Made by a program: the position numbers and the translations under genes
Part shown: positions 11,041-22,692 of the stretch, piece after piece
Layout of the letters: every line of letters starts with the position of its first letter
Position numbering within the stretch: the first letter of the stretch is position 1
DNA from: Podarcis vaucheri
Taxonomy: Eukaryota
Length of the DNA: 64,000 nt
Reading direction: 5' to 3' (one strand)
NCBI GenBank assembly: GCA_965113315.1
Contig: OZ220365.1
The notes under the pieces: model-generated
The model's database searches: none
Told to the model about the DNA's origin: nothing
The model's input: only the letters and a program-made list of their open reading frames with translations

Positions 11041-11123
11041 ATGTTTCCAGCCATCCAGAGAACATCCAGTCACAAGAGCATACTGACCATTTCCAATTTG
11101 TCCGCCTTCAGAAGAATCAAATA

Positions 11124-11559
11124 CAGTGGAATCTCGACTCACGTACGGCTCTACTTACGTACGATTCCAGTTACGACCTTGAGTAGGTGTTTCAACTTAT
11201 GAACTTTCCTCTAGATATGAACAGAGGCTGGAGCTTGGCCGGCCGGCTGCAGAGCAGTGCTGGGGCCTCCGCCACCAGGCAGAGGCCTCCAGTTTGCCAG
11301 AGCTCACCCCGCCGGCTGCGGAGCAGCACTGAGGCCCCATCCCACCCCCGAAGCTGTGGAAGAGGTGCTGCCTCTATGGTCTCGTTAGACAGTAAAATCC
11401 GTGCTAAATTGCTGTTTTAGGGGGTGTTTTTCATCGTCTAGAATGGATCAACTCACTTTTCCATTACTTTCTATGGAAAAGTGTGCCTCTACTTATGTAC
11501 ATTTCTAGTTATGACTAGACCTCCGGAACGGATTATGGTTGTAAGTAGAGGTTCCACTG
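11124..11559. mobile_element. Tigger/mariner-type MITE, second family
   Basis: TA-CAGTGGAATCTCGACTCAC ... GTAAGTAGAGGTTCCACTG-TA. Confidence 0.8.
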
Positions 11560-11811
11560 TACTGAATAGCTCCTCTCTCAATTTTATCTTGTGAACCGCC
11601 CCGAGATCGTCAGGTGAAGGGCAACAAAATTAACACTTCCCTACATGCAGACGCAAACCACATTCTTCTTGAAGCTATTAAGAGCAGGGCTTTCCTTCCA
11701 TAAACATTTAACTTTGTCAACATTTACCTAAATGTAATTAACGTGCAAGGAGTGTTAATACAGAGCAAGCATGTAGTCAAAATGTCATCTACAGGAGAGC
11801 ATCCAACTCAC

Positions 11812-11928
11812 AGCGGATTCCCCAGAAGGAATGTCCTGCTTGTTGGCTTTCAGGAGCTCTTTCAGGTCGTTGGTGGAACAGGCTTTCTTCAACTCGTCTT
11901 TGATGTTCCAAATCAATTCTGTCTGTTC
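11812..11928 (-). CDS. PARP1: PARP1 exon 6 (ZnF3/PADR1 helical part)
   Basis: [39 protein letters not shown]; CTACAG / GTGAGT; 117 nt. Confidence 0.97.
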
Positions 11929-11993
11929 CTGTAGAAGAGAACAGCACAGGTAAAAAAAGATTTATTTCTTAATGGAACTATTAAAGTGCAGTA

Positions 11994-12235
11994 CAGTGGT
12001 ACCTCGGGTTACAAACGCTTCAGGTTACAAACACTTTGGGTTACAAACTCCGCTAACCCGGAAGTAGTACCTCGAGTTGAGAACTTTGCCCCAGGATGAG
12101 AATGGAAATCGCGCGCTGGCAGTGCGGAGGCAGCGGGAGGCCCTGTTAGCGAAAGCGCGCTTCAAGTTAAGAACGGTTTCAGGTTAAGAATGGACCTCTG
12201 GAACGAATTTAAGTTCGTAACCCGAGGTACCACTG
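11994..12235. mobile_element. Tigger/mariner-type MITE, inverted relative to the 7260-9564 copy
   Basis: TA-CAGTGGTACCTCGGGTTAC ... GTAACCCGAGGTACCACTG-TA. Confidence 0.9.
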
Positions 12236-13210
12236 TACATGCAAGACACATGACAAGGAACATTGCAGGGGATTATGTTAAGGTAAAATGCTATCTTCCA
12301 TATCAGGACTGGGCAACCTAAGCCTGAAGGGCTGTATAGATTAATTTCATATGGAAAGTGAGGTGAGGTGGAGAAAACGTAGGTGGAGCAGAAGGTGTGG
12401 CAGACAGAGAAAAAGGGGATGCCCCATGTTGGAAGTGCAACAGCAGGGATCATTCAGTTTGTATCCTAATGGTTAATTCTGTTGTTAGCAATTCAGCTAA
12501 CAAAGGAGTGGAGGCTGGGCGATATCAGCTTTTCAACACTGCGGAATATCGCCAGCCAAACATTGCGGTCTGGCGATATACCACGATGTTAAAAAAAAAA
12601 AACAAGCTGCATTGGCCTCAGCTTGCGAGGCGCCAGGGAAAATTGCCGCAGCTCTGACCGTGGGAGCTGAGGCAGTTTCACTCCAGTGCCTAGGGGACTG
12701 GGGCAAGGCAGCTTCTTTGTACAGCTCATCTGGGGGGCAGGAGGGCCCCCCATCCCCGGTGCTCCCCCCGCTTGTGTGGGAGCCAGCGCCCGGCTGGGGG
12801 ATCCTCAGCTGAGCAGTTTAAAGAGGCAGAGGAAGGAACAAACTGTATTGGTGCCTCACCAATGCAGCTTTTTTTCTCACTCTGTGCAGTATGAGGCCAG
12901 AGTGGGATAGCGGTTTCACTCAGGAATATATTGCTGGGTGAAACCACCACCGCTCCTGAGTCTCCTGGTTTGTTTATGAGGTGCAGCCAATGTTTGTTTT
13001 TGGCTTACTGACTGATATGCTTGGAGCAAATCTTGCATATATGCTTGGATTCCAAACCACTTAGGGATAGAGGCAATGCAGAAAGGACAATCTCTGCTTT
13101 TATTCCATACGTCCGCACTGCTTTTGAATTCCCCCACAGAAGGTAGTTCAAGAGTGTTTAGTCAGTGAGAAGCAAACTAAGAAACAAAGAGAAGTCACTG
13201 AGAAACGCAC

Positions 13211-13307
13211 CTTCAGCAACTTCTCCTGTTTAGACTGTTTTTCTTTCTCCTTTTTTGGTTTCTTTTTTGAGACCACGTTGGCATCCACCTCATCTCCTTT
13301 TCTCTTC
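13211..13307 (-). CDS. PARP1: PARP1 exon 5 (bipartite NLS and caspase-3/7 DEVD site)
   Basis: (G)KRKGDEVDANVVSKKKPKKEKEKQSKQEKLLK; DEVD at 13283-13294 with P1' Ala; CTCCAG / GTGCGT; 97 nt. Confidence 0.97.
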
Positions 13308-13399
13308 CTGGAGGAGAAAGAAAACTCACGTCAGTAGTTACTCAAAAGTTAGCCCATCAGCTCCATTTACTAGTTCTTGGGCAGCACCAGTTTATGATG

Positions 13400-13806
13400 C
13401 AGTGGCGTCGCAATGGGGGGGGCAGGGGGTAGAATGCCCTGGGTTCCGTGTCTGCAGGGGTGATAAGTCGCAGCCGCATGTGGAGGATCCTCCATTCATG
13501 GCTGCAGCAGCGAGCAGAGGATTCCTGGCGCCAAACTGCTAAGTACAGCGCGTGTGTGGCGTGGCATGCATGCGCTGTACATAGTGACACTGCACATGCG
13601 CTGTATAGCGGTTTGAAGCTAGCGCTGCTCCAGCGCCATATGGACGGTGCCGGGATCCTCCGTTTGCGGCTGGAGTGGCGACAAACTGCTATACAGCGCA
13701 TGTGCAGCGGCGCTATGTACGGCATATGCGTCGTACATAGCGACGTTACACATGCGCCCTACGTAGCGACGCTCGCCCCGGGTGTCACGACATCTTCTTT
13801 CGCCCG
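13400..13806. mobile_element. CpG-rich hAT-type MITE with a long internal palindrome
   Basis: Perfect 8-bp TSD TTATGATG (13392-13399, 13807-13814); left end CAGTGGCG, degraded right end CGCCCG. Confidence 0.8.
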
Positions 13807-14204
13807 TTATGATGGCTTAGGCTTTCCCCTTCCTTTCTTTGCAGCTTTTACATGTATCTGTGAGATCTGTTTCAAGTATCCCCATCATCAAAATGCAAAT
13901 CACGAAACTGAAAATGGAAGCAAAAGCCCCCCACCCCGGAAGCTTTTGCATAGTCAAAGCCTCCATGATTAGTCTCAGTTGCCAGAGCAAATCATTTATC
14001 CAGCTTCAGTTTCCTATGCTGCTCTGGGTGTGAGGCAAAGCAGCAGCCTCAAAATAGACACGGGAAGAAAGCACGCAAATCTGATCCCTTGGTTGCAAGC
14101 AACAGCTGACAAGTGTAAACATGGCATAGAAGCGACTTTCCTAAGAGGGGCTGGGTGCTTGGTCTGGCTCACAATACCATCCAAGTGTTGAAGTAAGGCT
14201 TGTA

Positions 14205-14457
14205 CAGTCATACCTCATGTTGCATCCACTTCAGGTTGCATTTTTTTCGGGTTGTGGACTGCCAAAACCCGGAAGTACCAGAACAGGTTACTTCCAGGTT
14301 TCTGCAGTCACGCCTGCGCAGAAGTGCTAAATCGCGCTTTGCGCCTGCGCAGAAGCACCGAATTGCAACCTGCACCTGCGCAGACGTGGGTTGCGAACGC
14401 TACGGGTTGCGAATGTGCATCCTGCAGAGATCACATTCGCAACTCGAGCGTCCACTG
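14205..14457. mobile_element. Tc1/mariner-type MITE
   Basis: TA-CAGTCATACCTC ... GAGCGTCCACTG-TA; internal CGCCTGCGCAGA repeats. Confidence 0.7.
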
Positions 14458-15346
14458 TATTTCATGAGCTCCAGAGGTCTGGACAGCCTCAGCTAGAAGT
14501 TGGGGATTTAGCATTTGTCCACACTTCCACTTATCCTGTGTCTAGAAAGCATGGATGTGAGTGGTTTTTTGCTTGCCCCATGCTTTCTAGGCATGAGTCT
14601 GAGAGGATGTCTGTTTGCCCCACAGCTTTCCCTGGAAAACCCAACTCTTTAACACTGAATCAGAGCAAATGGAGAAAAAAACCCAGTTGACATTTGCTCC
14701 GTGGCAGAGATCGGGATTCCCCAGGGGAAAGGGACAAAAGGAAATCTGGATTAGTGCCTAATGTTATGTTTCTCACACTTGGATCCTCAGCTGGACAACA
14801 ACTCCCATCAACATTAGCTAGCAGCACCAGTGGTCAGGGATGATGGGATTTGAAGTCCAACAATGCTGGGGACCCAAGTTTGAGAAACACTGGTCCCACA
14901 CTGTGCGACCATCTTATGTTTGTAGGCACTCCCGCTGTACCAAAGGAGACCCTGTTAAGGGCTTCACACAGGCAACCACTGCAGCTTAGTCAAGACACCT
15001 TACTCCCTGTGCCACTAGGGCAGAACAACGGGCAGCCTATTATCTGTGACTATGAAGTGCCACCTTGCTGATGAGGAGCCCAGCATGACCAGGTAACTCC
15101 ATGAACCAAGAAGGTCAAATTACAGGACTTCAGTCTGAGCAACTTGTCTCGCAAGGAAGGTTAAGACTACCCAAGCCCCCTGCCTGAGCTGTCTCCTGGC
15201 AGCTCTCTGAACACCCTCTCTACAGGGAGTGGAAAAATGAAGAAAGACCTTTTAAGGTTTCTGGCATTACTGTGCCTGACTCACAATTGCCTGAGCTACT
15301 GCTGCGTCGACAGAAATCCTGCCTTCTTTTGGCATACTCAACATAC

Positions 15347-15561
15347 CCTTCATTCTTGACTGCAGGCAGCTGCTTTTTCAGAGTCTCTTTATCTTCAGCA
15401 TTCAGGAGCCCAAAGCCTAACAGCTGAGAGGCACTAAAAGAGGCAAGAAACCCCAGATCTGCTCTGCGGCTGACGAAACAGGCTGGGTGGTACCAGTTGT
15501 CTATCATCCCCAACTGGGGCTTTTCGGGATGCACCATTTTCTTTGAAATCCTGATTTGACC
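15347..15561 (-). CDS. PARP1: PARP1 exon 4 (ZnF2 C-half)
   Basis: [33 protein letters not shown]...[10 protein letters not shown]; CTGCAG / GTATGT; 215 nt. Confidence 0.97.
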
Positions 15562-15792
15562 CTGCAGGAGAGAATGGGAGAAGGAGGGCGGATTAAATAA
15601 ATGAGTGAGACCATACAACTGTCTGTGTTACTGGCTTCACGTAAGCCAAACTATGGCTTGCTGTGAATAAGCAAGCATGCTGGAACCCCCTTCATTCCTC
15701 CCCCAGTTCTGATACTGCCACACTGGGGACTCAGCTATACAGCTGCAAATAAAATATTTTAAGTGTGTTGTAAAGTGCAATTTACAAATGTG

Positions 15793-15807
15793 ACACTAGA
15801 TGGCGAC
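15793..15807 (+). promoter_or_regulatory. Candidate CTCF motif
   Basis: ACACTAGATGGCGAC. Confidence 0.45.
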
Positions 15808-16349
15808 AGTGAGCTATGGCAAATTCAATGTATTTTCTTCAAAACTTTTTTTAAAAACGCATTTTCACAGCATTTTTTATTTGTGTGTAGATTCCATCTA
15901 CTGCTAGTTTGTCTTGCTCGAAATAAACCATGAGCTGCAAAACTGGCCAGGATGTTCTCTCCCGGCACCAGCATGCTTGCACTTTCACAGTAAGCCATAG
16001 TTCGGCTTACCATTATGTGCAAAAAGGCCAGAGAATTTTTATACACAAATTCACACTATAGTGGCTAAGTCAGCTCTTATACCAAACACGTGAGGCTCCA
16101 CAAATTTGTAAAAGGTTGCATGAGTTATTGACAGAAGGTTGAGGAAAAATATGTATATTAAAAGACAGTAATGAAGCATTAATCTCATTAATTTCCACCC
16201 TATTAATTAAATTAATCAGTGCCTCTAATTTGTGCAGAAAGGTCCACAACTACAGATTATGCTCTAAAAGGAGGCAATTTTTGCCAATTCCCCCTTTAGC
16301 CCCCAGCCACATTATTCTAGAGAATTTCTCAACCCTCAACCCTCCACAG

Positions 16350-16545
16350 TACAGGAAGATTGGAACCTACTTTATATAGAGTGGGATCATTAGCCCATCC
16401 AGCTCAGTAATGCCTACACTGGCCGGCAGCAGCTCTTCATGGTTTCAGACTTGGGACATTCCCAGCTCTACCTGGAGATGCCGGGACTGAACATGGGACC
16501 TTCTACATGCAAAGCAGATGCTCAAAGACCAAGCTACGGCCCTTC
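16350..16545 (-). mobile_element. tRNA-derived SINE (Squam2-like)
   Basis: Minus-strand head GGGCCGTAGCTTGG..GAGCATCTGCTTTGCATGTAGAAGGTCCCATGTTCAGTCCCGGCATCTCCAGG; degraded relatives at about 19985-20300. Confidence 0.6.
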
Positions 16546-16615
16546 CTGAAAAGGATTTATACATTACGAGTGCTATAACTCATATTACAGACACAGAATT
16601 GGACACCTATTTTAC

Positions 16616-16731
16616 CTTTTCTATCTTCTGATCACAGCCTTTGCAGGTGCTTCTGTTGGACTTTGCATATTCTGCGGCAAAATCATTTAAACTTTTATCA
16701 CTTTTGCCACCTCCCTCTTGGTCACCTTTGC
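16616..16731 (-). CDS. PARP1: PARP1 exon 3 (ZnF2 N-half)
   Basis: Hand-translated, absent from the ORF track: (G)[38 protein letters not shown]; TTTCCAG / GTAAAA; 116 nt. Confidence 0.97.
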
Positions 16732-17121
16732 CTGGAAAACAAACAATATATATTTATATATAAACATTATATTTATTAGATAAATGTCCAGCATTTCCCT
16801 GCATGGACCTCTGGGTAGTGAACATGGGTTAAATCTAACCCTGAAGAGACCATTTGGAATCTACGTCTGAAAAAAGAGAGAGGCTGAACAAAAACCATTT
16901 TCTCCAGTCCTCAAGCTGAAAACTTGCAAATGTCCATGGCAACTACATGGGAGGCTGATTCTTATTGACAGCCAGTTTCCTTGCATCCAGGACACCTTCC
17001 ACACATCTGGGACAGCAACTAGCCCACAAGCCTGGGAACCCAAATCGCCCAAAGCTGCTTGATATCTGGGCTCATGCAGCAAGCGGCTATCTCTTTCGAG
17101 AGCCACTAAACATTTGCCTAC

Positions 17122-17284
17122 CTGTTCCGGCGCCACCACTTTCTATGGACTTCTTGATTTTCTCCTGATCTTCCCAACGCAGTTCCGAGAAGCCGACCAC
17201 GTCGGTGTGGGACACCAGTCGAGCCCGCTTCCAGAAGCAGGAGAAGTGGTGCCAGTGGGGTACTTTGCCATCAAACATGGGGGA
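17122..17284 (-). CDS. PARP1: PARP1 exon 2 (ZnF1 C-half)
   Basis: [54 protein letters not shown]; acceptor TTCTTAG, donor GTAGGC; 163 nt. Confidence 0.97.
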
Positions 17285-17357
17285 CTAAGAAGAAAAGAAT
17301 GGCAAGAATAAGAAAAGGAGAGGAAGAAACTCAAATATGAACATGGCTAACCCATTT

Positions 17358-17358
<1 letters not shown>

Positions 17359-17403
<45 letters not shown>
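17359..17403. repeat. (GT)n microsatellite
   Basis: About 22 GT units in intron 1, ~75 nt from the exon 2 acceptor. Confidence 0.97.
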
Positions 17404-17405
<2 letters not shown>

Positions 17406-18302
17406 CCCAATGTAATTCTGGCCCAGCTTATAATGTATTTTATAACCTCACCCTCTACCAGAGCATCACCCCTCCACCCTTCATCATTTTACCAAAACAC
17501 TGCAGAGGCTGTTTAGTTACTATTCTGGCCACAGCTACACCTTAAAGCAGTATTATGCCACTTTAAACAGCCATGGCTTGCCCCCAAAGAACCCTAGGAA
17601 CTGTAGTCTGTTAAGGGTGCTGAGAGTTGTTAGGAGACCCCCATTCCGCTCACAGAACTACATTTCCCAGAGTTCCCTAGGAAGAGGGACCGAGTGTTAA
17701 ACCACTCCAGGAATTCTTAATTTAAACTCATTTTTAGTCTTATCGGAGCGAGTCCCCTTCTACGGTACATAAGAGGCTACAGTAATTAGGTGGCATAAAA
17801 ATGGTCAAAATAAATATTGAATTAAATTAAACATTCTCCACAATTCAATCTTACTTTTAGGTCTGGGAACAGGTAGATAAAAGGTGGCAGTAAGAGGTTA
17901 ATGCATTTCAGGGTATTCAAAAAATGGCATAGGCTTGGGAGATGGGTGCAGACATGTTGAAGCTCTCAGGTATCAAGAACACAGATTAGAGCAGAGTAAC
18001 AAAAAAAGAAGAAACCGGAAGCCCTATGAAATATCCTGTCTTCTACTGACGCCCTTGAAATGCTGCTCACAGGAATGTAATCTCATTTAGCTGATAAATG
18101 ATGCCAGACAGCAGATGCTAGGGTTTTTTCATGAAGCGTCTGAAGTATTGTGAACGGCGGAGCAGAATGTAGCGTAACCTCCCATCATTATTACCAAGTA
18201 ATCCTAAACGCTCTAAAAGCTGAAACGTGAGCAGCGGCCTCTTCAGAACAACGTTAAGTGTCCTCACGTAAAGGCTCACAAAGCAGGCAGCACCTCTCGT
18301 GA

Positions 18303-18778
18303 TCATAGAATCATAGAATCATAGAGTTGGAAGAGACCACAAGGGCCATCGAGTCCAACCCCCTGCCAAGCAGGAAACACCATCAGAGCACTCCTGACAT
18401 ATGGTTGTCAAGCCTCTGCTTAAAGACCTCCAAAGTAGGAGACTCCACCACACTCCTTGGCAGCAAATTCCACTGTCGAACAGCTCTTACTGTCAGGAAG
18501 TTCTTCCTAATGTTTAGGTGGAATCTTCTTTCTTGTAGTTTGGATCCATTGCTCCGTGTCCGCTTCTCTGGAGCAGCAGAAAACAACCTTTCTCCCTCCT
18601 CTATGTGACATCCTTTTATATATTTGAACATGGCTATCATATCACCCCTTAACCTCCTCTTCTCCAGGCTAAACATGCCCAGCTCCCTTAGCCGTTCCTC
18701 ATAAGGCATCGTTTCCAGGCCTTTGACCATTTTGGTTGCCCTCCTCTGGACACGTTCCAGTTTGTCAGTGTCCTTCTT
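18303..18778 (-). mobile_element. Young CR1 LINE 3' fragment
   Basis: ORF2 C-terminus [32 protein letters not shown]...[10 protein letters not shown]; (ATTCTATG)n tail. Confidence 0.95.
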
Positions 18779-19358
18779 GGCAAGGCCCTACTCCAATGCA
18801 ACAAGGTTGAGGTGAAACTGACACCCCACTCAATACCATTCTGATGCAAACTCACTCAGGGCCCCAGAAATTGTAATAGGTGGTTGGGGAGAGCCACCTG
18901 TCAGTCACCAAACGTCACAGGACAACCTCAAAGACGTGCAGTCAGTCCCAATCTGCTGAACGGTATTTTCTGAAAGCAGAGCCTCCCAAGCCTCCCCAGT
19001 TTTCCAATGGGGAACTCCCTAGTGTAGCTGATCCCAGTGGGGTTCACTGTCAGAGAGACCCACTTGCAAAGGAACAAATCAGGGATGCACACGAAGCTCC
19101 CAATTATTCCTTTGTGATCACGTCCTTACGTATGAAGCCAGGTGTGGGCAGTTTGGGAAAATCATCTCATGGGTTCATAATTTATAATGCATGCCGTTTT
19201 TATTGTACACCTATTTTTCTATTTTGAATGCGTATCAGCAACATTTTGGAGCTGTGTTAGAAACGCAGATATATATAAGCTAATAGCCAAATGGAACCTT
19301 AAAGCTAGGTTGTGGTCGCCACAACAGGATGTCTAGGCACCGTTTTTTTGGCAATGAA

Positions 19359-19397
<39 letters not shown>
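19359..19397. repeat. (AAT)n microsatellite
   Basis: Direct reading. Confidence 0.95.
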
Positions 19398-20784
19398 TGT
19401 TATTAATTTCTATACCACTTTATATTTCAAAGAAAAAAAATCTCAAAGCAGTTTATAACACATTAAAACATCAAATAAAACAATATGGAATAAAACCAAT
19501 TCAAGCGTCAAGGGAAATATTTCAGATCCTTCTCTAAGTGACTTTTTGCTTTCCTCATAATTATTTAACTACTTAATTTATATAGCTGCCCCACAACAGA
19601 AGTACACTTGGAAGCCAGTGTGGTGTGGTGGCGAAGAGTGTGGGACTAGAACCTGAGAAATCAGGATTCAAATCCCCACTCAGACATGAACCTCACTGGG
19701 TGACCCTGGGCCAGGCTCTTAACCTACCTCAGAGGGTCATTTTAGGGATTAACTGAGGTGGGGAATAAACCATGTACTCCTTGGAGGAAAAGCTGGGATA
19801 TAAATGCAATAAATAAGCTCTTCTGCTTACTTGCTTAAGAAAACTGGAGGGGCCAGCCAGGTGGAGTTGTCTGTCGCCAACCTGGGATCCAGAGATCTCC
19901 ACATGGTTGCAATTGGACCTGCACCAGTTGCAAAATGTGCCTGGCACCTGGGGAATTTCAAACACTGTTTTGGTGTATCGGTTACACAGGAACATAGGAA
20001 GCTTCCTCATAAGTCAGACCATTGATCTGACTAGAGCTCAACACTGTATGGAGAGGGCACATTCCTAGACCTACCTGGAGATGCCTTCTAAATGCCCTGA
20101 GCTATAGTTCTTCTTCATATGAATAAATGAATAACATAGGATCATAAGAAGGTGTCTTATACCGAGACAGACACTTGGTCCATTAACTTGGTCCATTTAC
20201 ACTGACTGGCAGTGGTTCCTCAGGATTTCAGGATTCTTGGGAGATGCCAGGAGTTGAAACTTAGACCTTCATTATTCAATGCAGACGCTCTACCACTGAA
20301 CAATGTAAATTGAACACTAAGAGTTTTTCCCAACATTAGTCATATTCAGAGCAGACCACCTGAAATTAGTAGACATGACTTACATCCATTAATTTCAACA
20401 GGTCTACTCTCTGAGTAAAAGTTTTACTACCTAGATCTGCGTAATTCTCTTTTCTCCCTAGCTTGTTTCTGAAAAGGTTACCAATGCCTTCCTCATACCA
20501 GTGTTCCAGTTCTGACTGTTGCATTTCCTACACGACAACTGCAACATGGAAAAAGGAGGAAATGCTGTTGCGCAAACAAATGAGGATGGCTGCTCAATGT
20601 TATCAGGAAACACCCTCCAACTCTTATAGTGGATGCTTTCCTGACCTAAGCTATTACTCACTAATGGCTAATGATCATGGCAAAGAAAATGCAACAAAGC
20701 CCATGCTGATAACACCAGAAGTCTCTTAAAAGGGAGGGGTGGAGAATGTGCAACCAAGTCATTTAATACAACGGTTGTAAAATA

Positions 20785-21290
20785 TCGTATTTTTCACTCT
20801 ATAGGACGCACCTAGTTTTTAGAGGAGGAAAACAAGTAAAAAATTTTTTGAATCAAATCAGTGTCGGGGCTGAAGGGGGAAGCCCGGAGTTTCCCCATAA
20901 AGCCCCGGCATCCCCAAGCTAGAACAGCGAGACGGAGGGCTGCGCAGTGCTCCGTCTCTCTGTTCTGGCTTCGGGGACAGCCTTTCAAGCCTCCGCAGGG
21001 CAGCAGGGTGCCTCCACCCCACTGCCCTGCGGAGGCTTTGCGCAGCTAACCCCGAAGCCTTTGGAGCGCAGTGCGAGGTCCCGCTGTGCTCCAAAGGCTT
21101 CAGGGATAGCCACCTGATAGTCTTGCTCTCCCGGCTTCAGCAAAAGGAACCCGAAACCTTTGGAGCACAGCACGAGGTACCATTGCACTCCAAAGGCTTC
21201 AGGTGGCTATCCCTGAAGCCTGGAGAGCGAGAGGGGTCAGTGTGCACCTACCCCTCTTGATCTCCAGGCTTCAGCCAAAGCAACGCATAG
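20785..21290. mobile_element. pogo/Tc-type MITE, same family as 6170-6668, right end lost
   Basis: TCGTATTTTTCACTCTATAGGACGCAC left TIR; tandem hairpin units GAAGCCTTTGGAGC...GCTCCAAAGGCTTC at about 21054-21100 and 21153-21200. Confidence 0.7.
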
Positions 21291-21614
21291 TCCCCCCCCC
21301 CAAGGTCTGAGGGACAGTGGACCAGCCCCCTGCTGAAAAAGTTTGCTGACCCCTTCTAGAGAGCCCTTAACCTTCTGGAATACACAGGGACCAGAAGGAG
21401 GTATTGGACCAAAAAACCCAAAACACTTCCAGTGAGAGAATTGTGCGAGTGGAGCTCTGCTCATGGGAATTTGGATTCAACCCTGTATCCTCAGCTACAC
21501 TGCTTTTTCTGCTGTGGAAACCCTGCCTTGCAACCTTGGCACACTGCAGAGGATTTGGGGTCATATTCTAGGCCTTAGAATCTAAGGTAAATCTATTCAG
21601 ATCATGGTAATATA

Positions 21615-21869
21615 AAGAAGAAGAAGAAGAAGAAGAGTTTGGATTTGATATCCCGCCTTTCACTCCCTTTAAGGAGTCTCAAAGCGGCTAACATTCTCCT
21701 TTCCCTTCCTCCCCCACAACAAACACTCTGTGAGGTGAGTGGGGCTGAGAGACTTCACAGAAGTGTGACTGGCCCAAGGTCACCCAGCAGCTGCATGCGG
21801 AGGAGCGGAGACGCGAACCGCGTTACCCAGATTACGTGACTACCGCTCTTAACCACTACACCACACTGG
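21615..21869 (-). mobile_element. tRNA-derived SINE with (CTT)n tail (Squam3-like)
   Basis: Head CCAGTGTGGTGTAGTGGTTAAGAGCGGTAG (A-box); body ending GGCGGGATATCAAATCCAAACTC(TTC)n; copies at 34470-34609 and 36354-36592. Confidence 0.85.
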
Positions 21870-22692
21870 TGTACAGCAGATGAAAAAGTATTCCTCTCCC
21901 TAACTTTCCTCCTCCTCCTCTTCTTATTTTGAAGGAGCTGAAACAGACCTTCTGCAAATCCTTTGAAAAAGCCCTCAGCCTCAGTAATCTCTTAACAAGA
22001 AACAAAGCTGTGCACTTTGTGTAATATTAGTGCTATACTATTAGCTGCAGAAGGCCATCTTATTTAAACAACTGAATGTTTTTCACTGCCTGCCTACTTG
22101 CTTCCCAGTACTGTACAACTGAAGTTGCTGCTTTTGATGTTTAATCCTAATGGCCTTGGACCTTGTGCCCCTCACAGAACACATACTTTGGTATAATTCA
22201 CCCCACTCCTTAATATCACATACCAGTCCAGGAGTTCCTACTTCCTTCCTTTCCAGTCCCTGCCTTAATGTTATGTTCAAACCATGTTTTATGACTTGTC
22301 TTGCTCCATGCAAACCACAATATGAAGCTATGTTTTCTTCTTGGCTTCTGATGGTTTGCAATGCTGTGTGAGTTGAGTGCAGCCTCTTTGTCTATCGTCT
22401 TACTGGAGGTGCTGCTGCACAACTTTTCCATGGCAGCAAGTTCCAAACAAAAGCAAGAACTAGATGTGTGAGAACAAAATCCATTTAATACAAAGTCCTG
22501 CTGACTAGGGATCAGTTACTCACAACAGGGATCTGAAGTATCTGTGATGGGGTTACGCTTCCCCCTAAAGGTCTAAGTTCTTGGTTCGTGGTGCTCCTTA
22601 AACCTGGTGTTGGATACTCAGGTGAGCTCCATGATCGAGTGGGGATTCAAACCATTGTCTCTCAGGTTCTAGTCAAACACTCTAACCACTGC

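Noticed and set aside
13448-13972. 174-aa ORF
   Set aside because: Reads through the palindromic hAT MITE; no domain signature.
21051-21203. Repeated palindromic units resembling a CRISPR array
   Set aside because: Eukaryotic MITE-internal repeats with only 2-3 units, no unique spacers and no cas genes.
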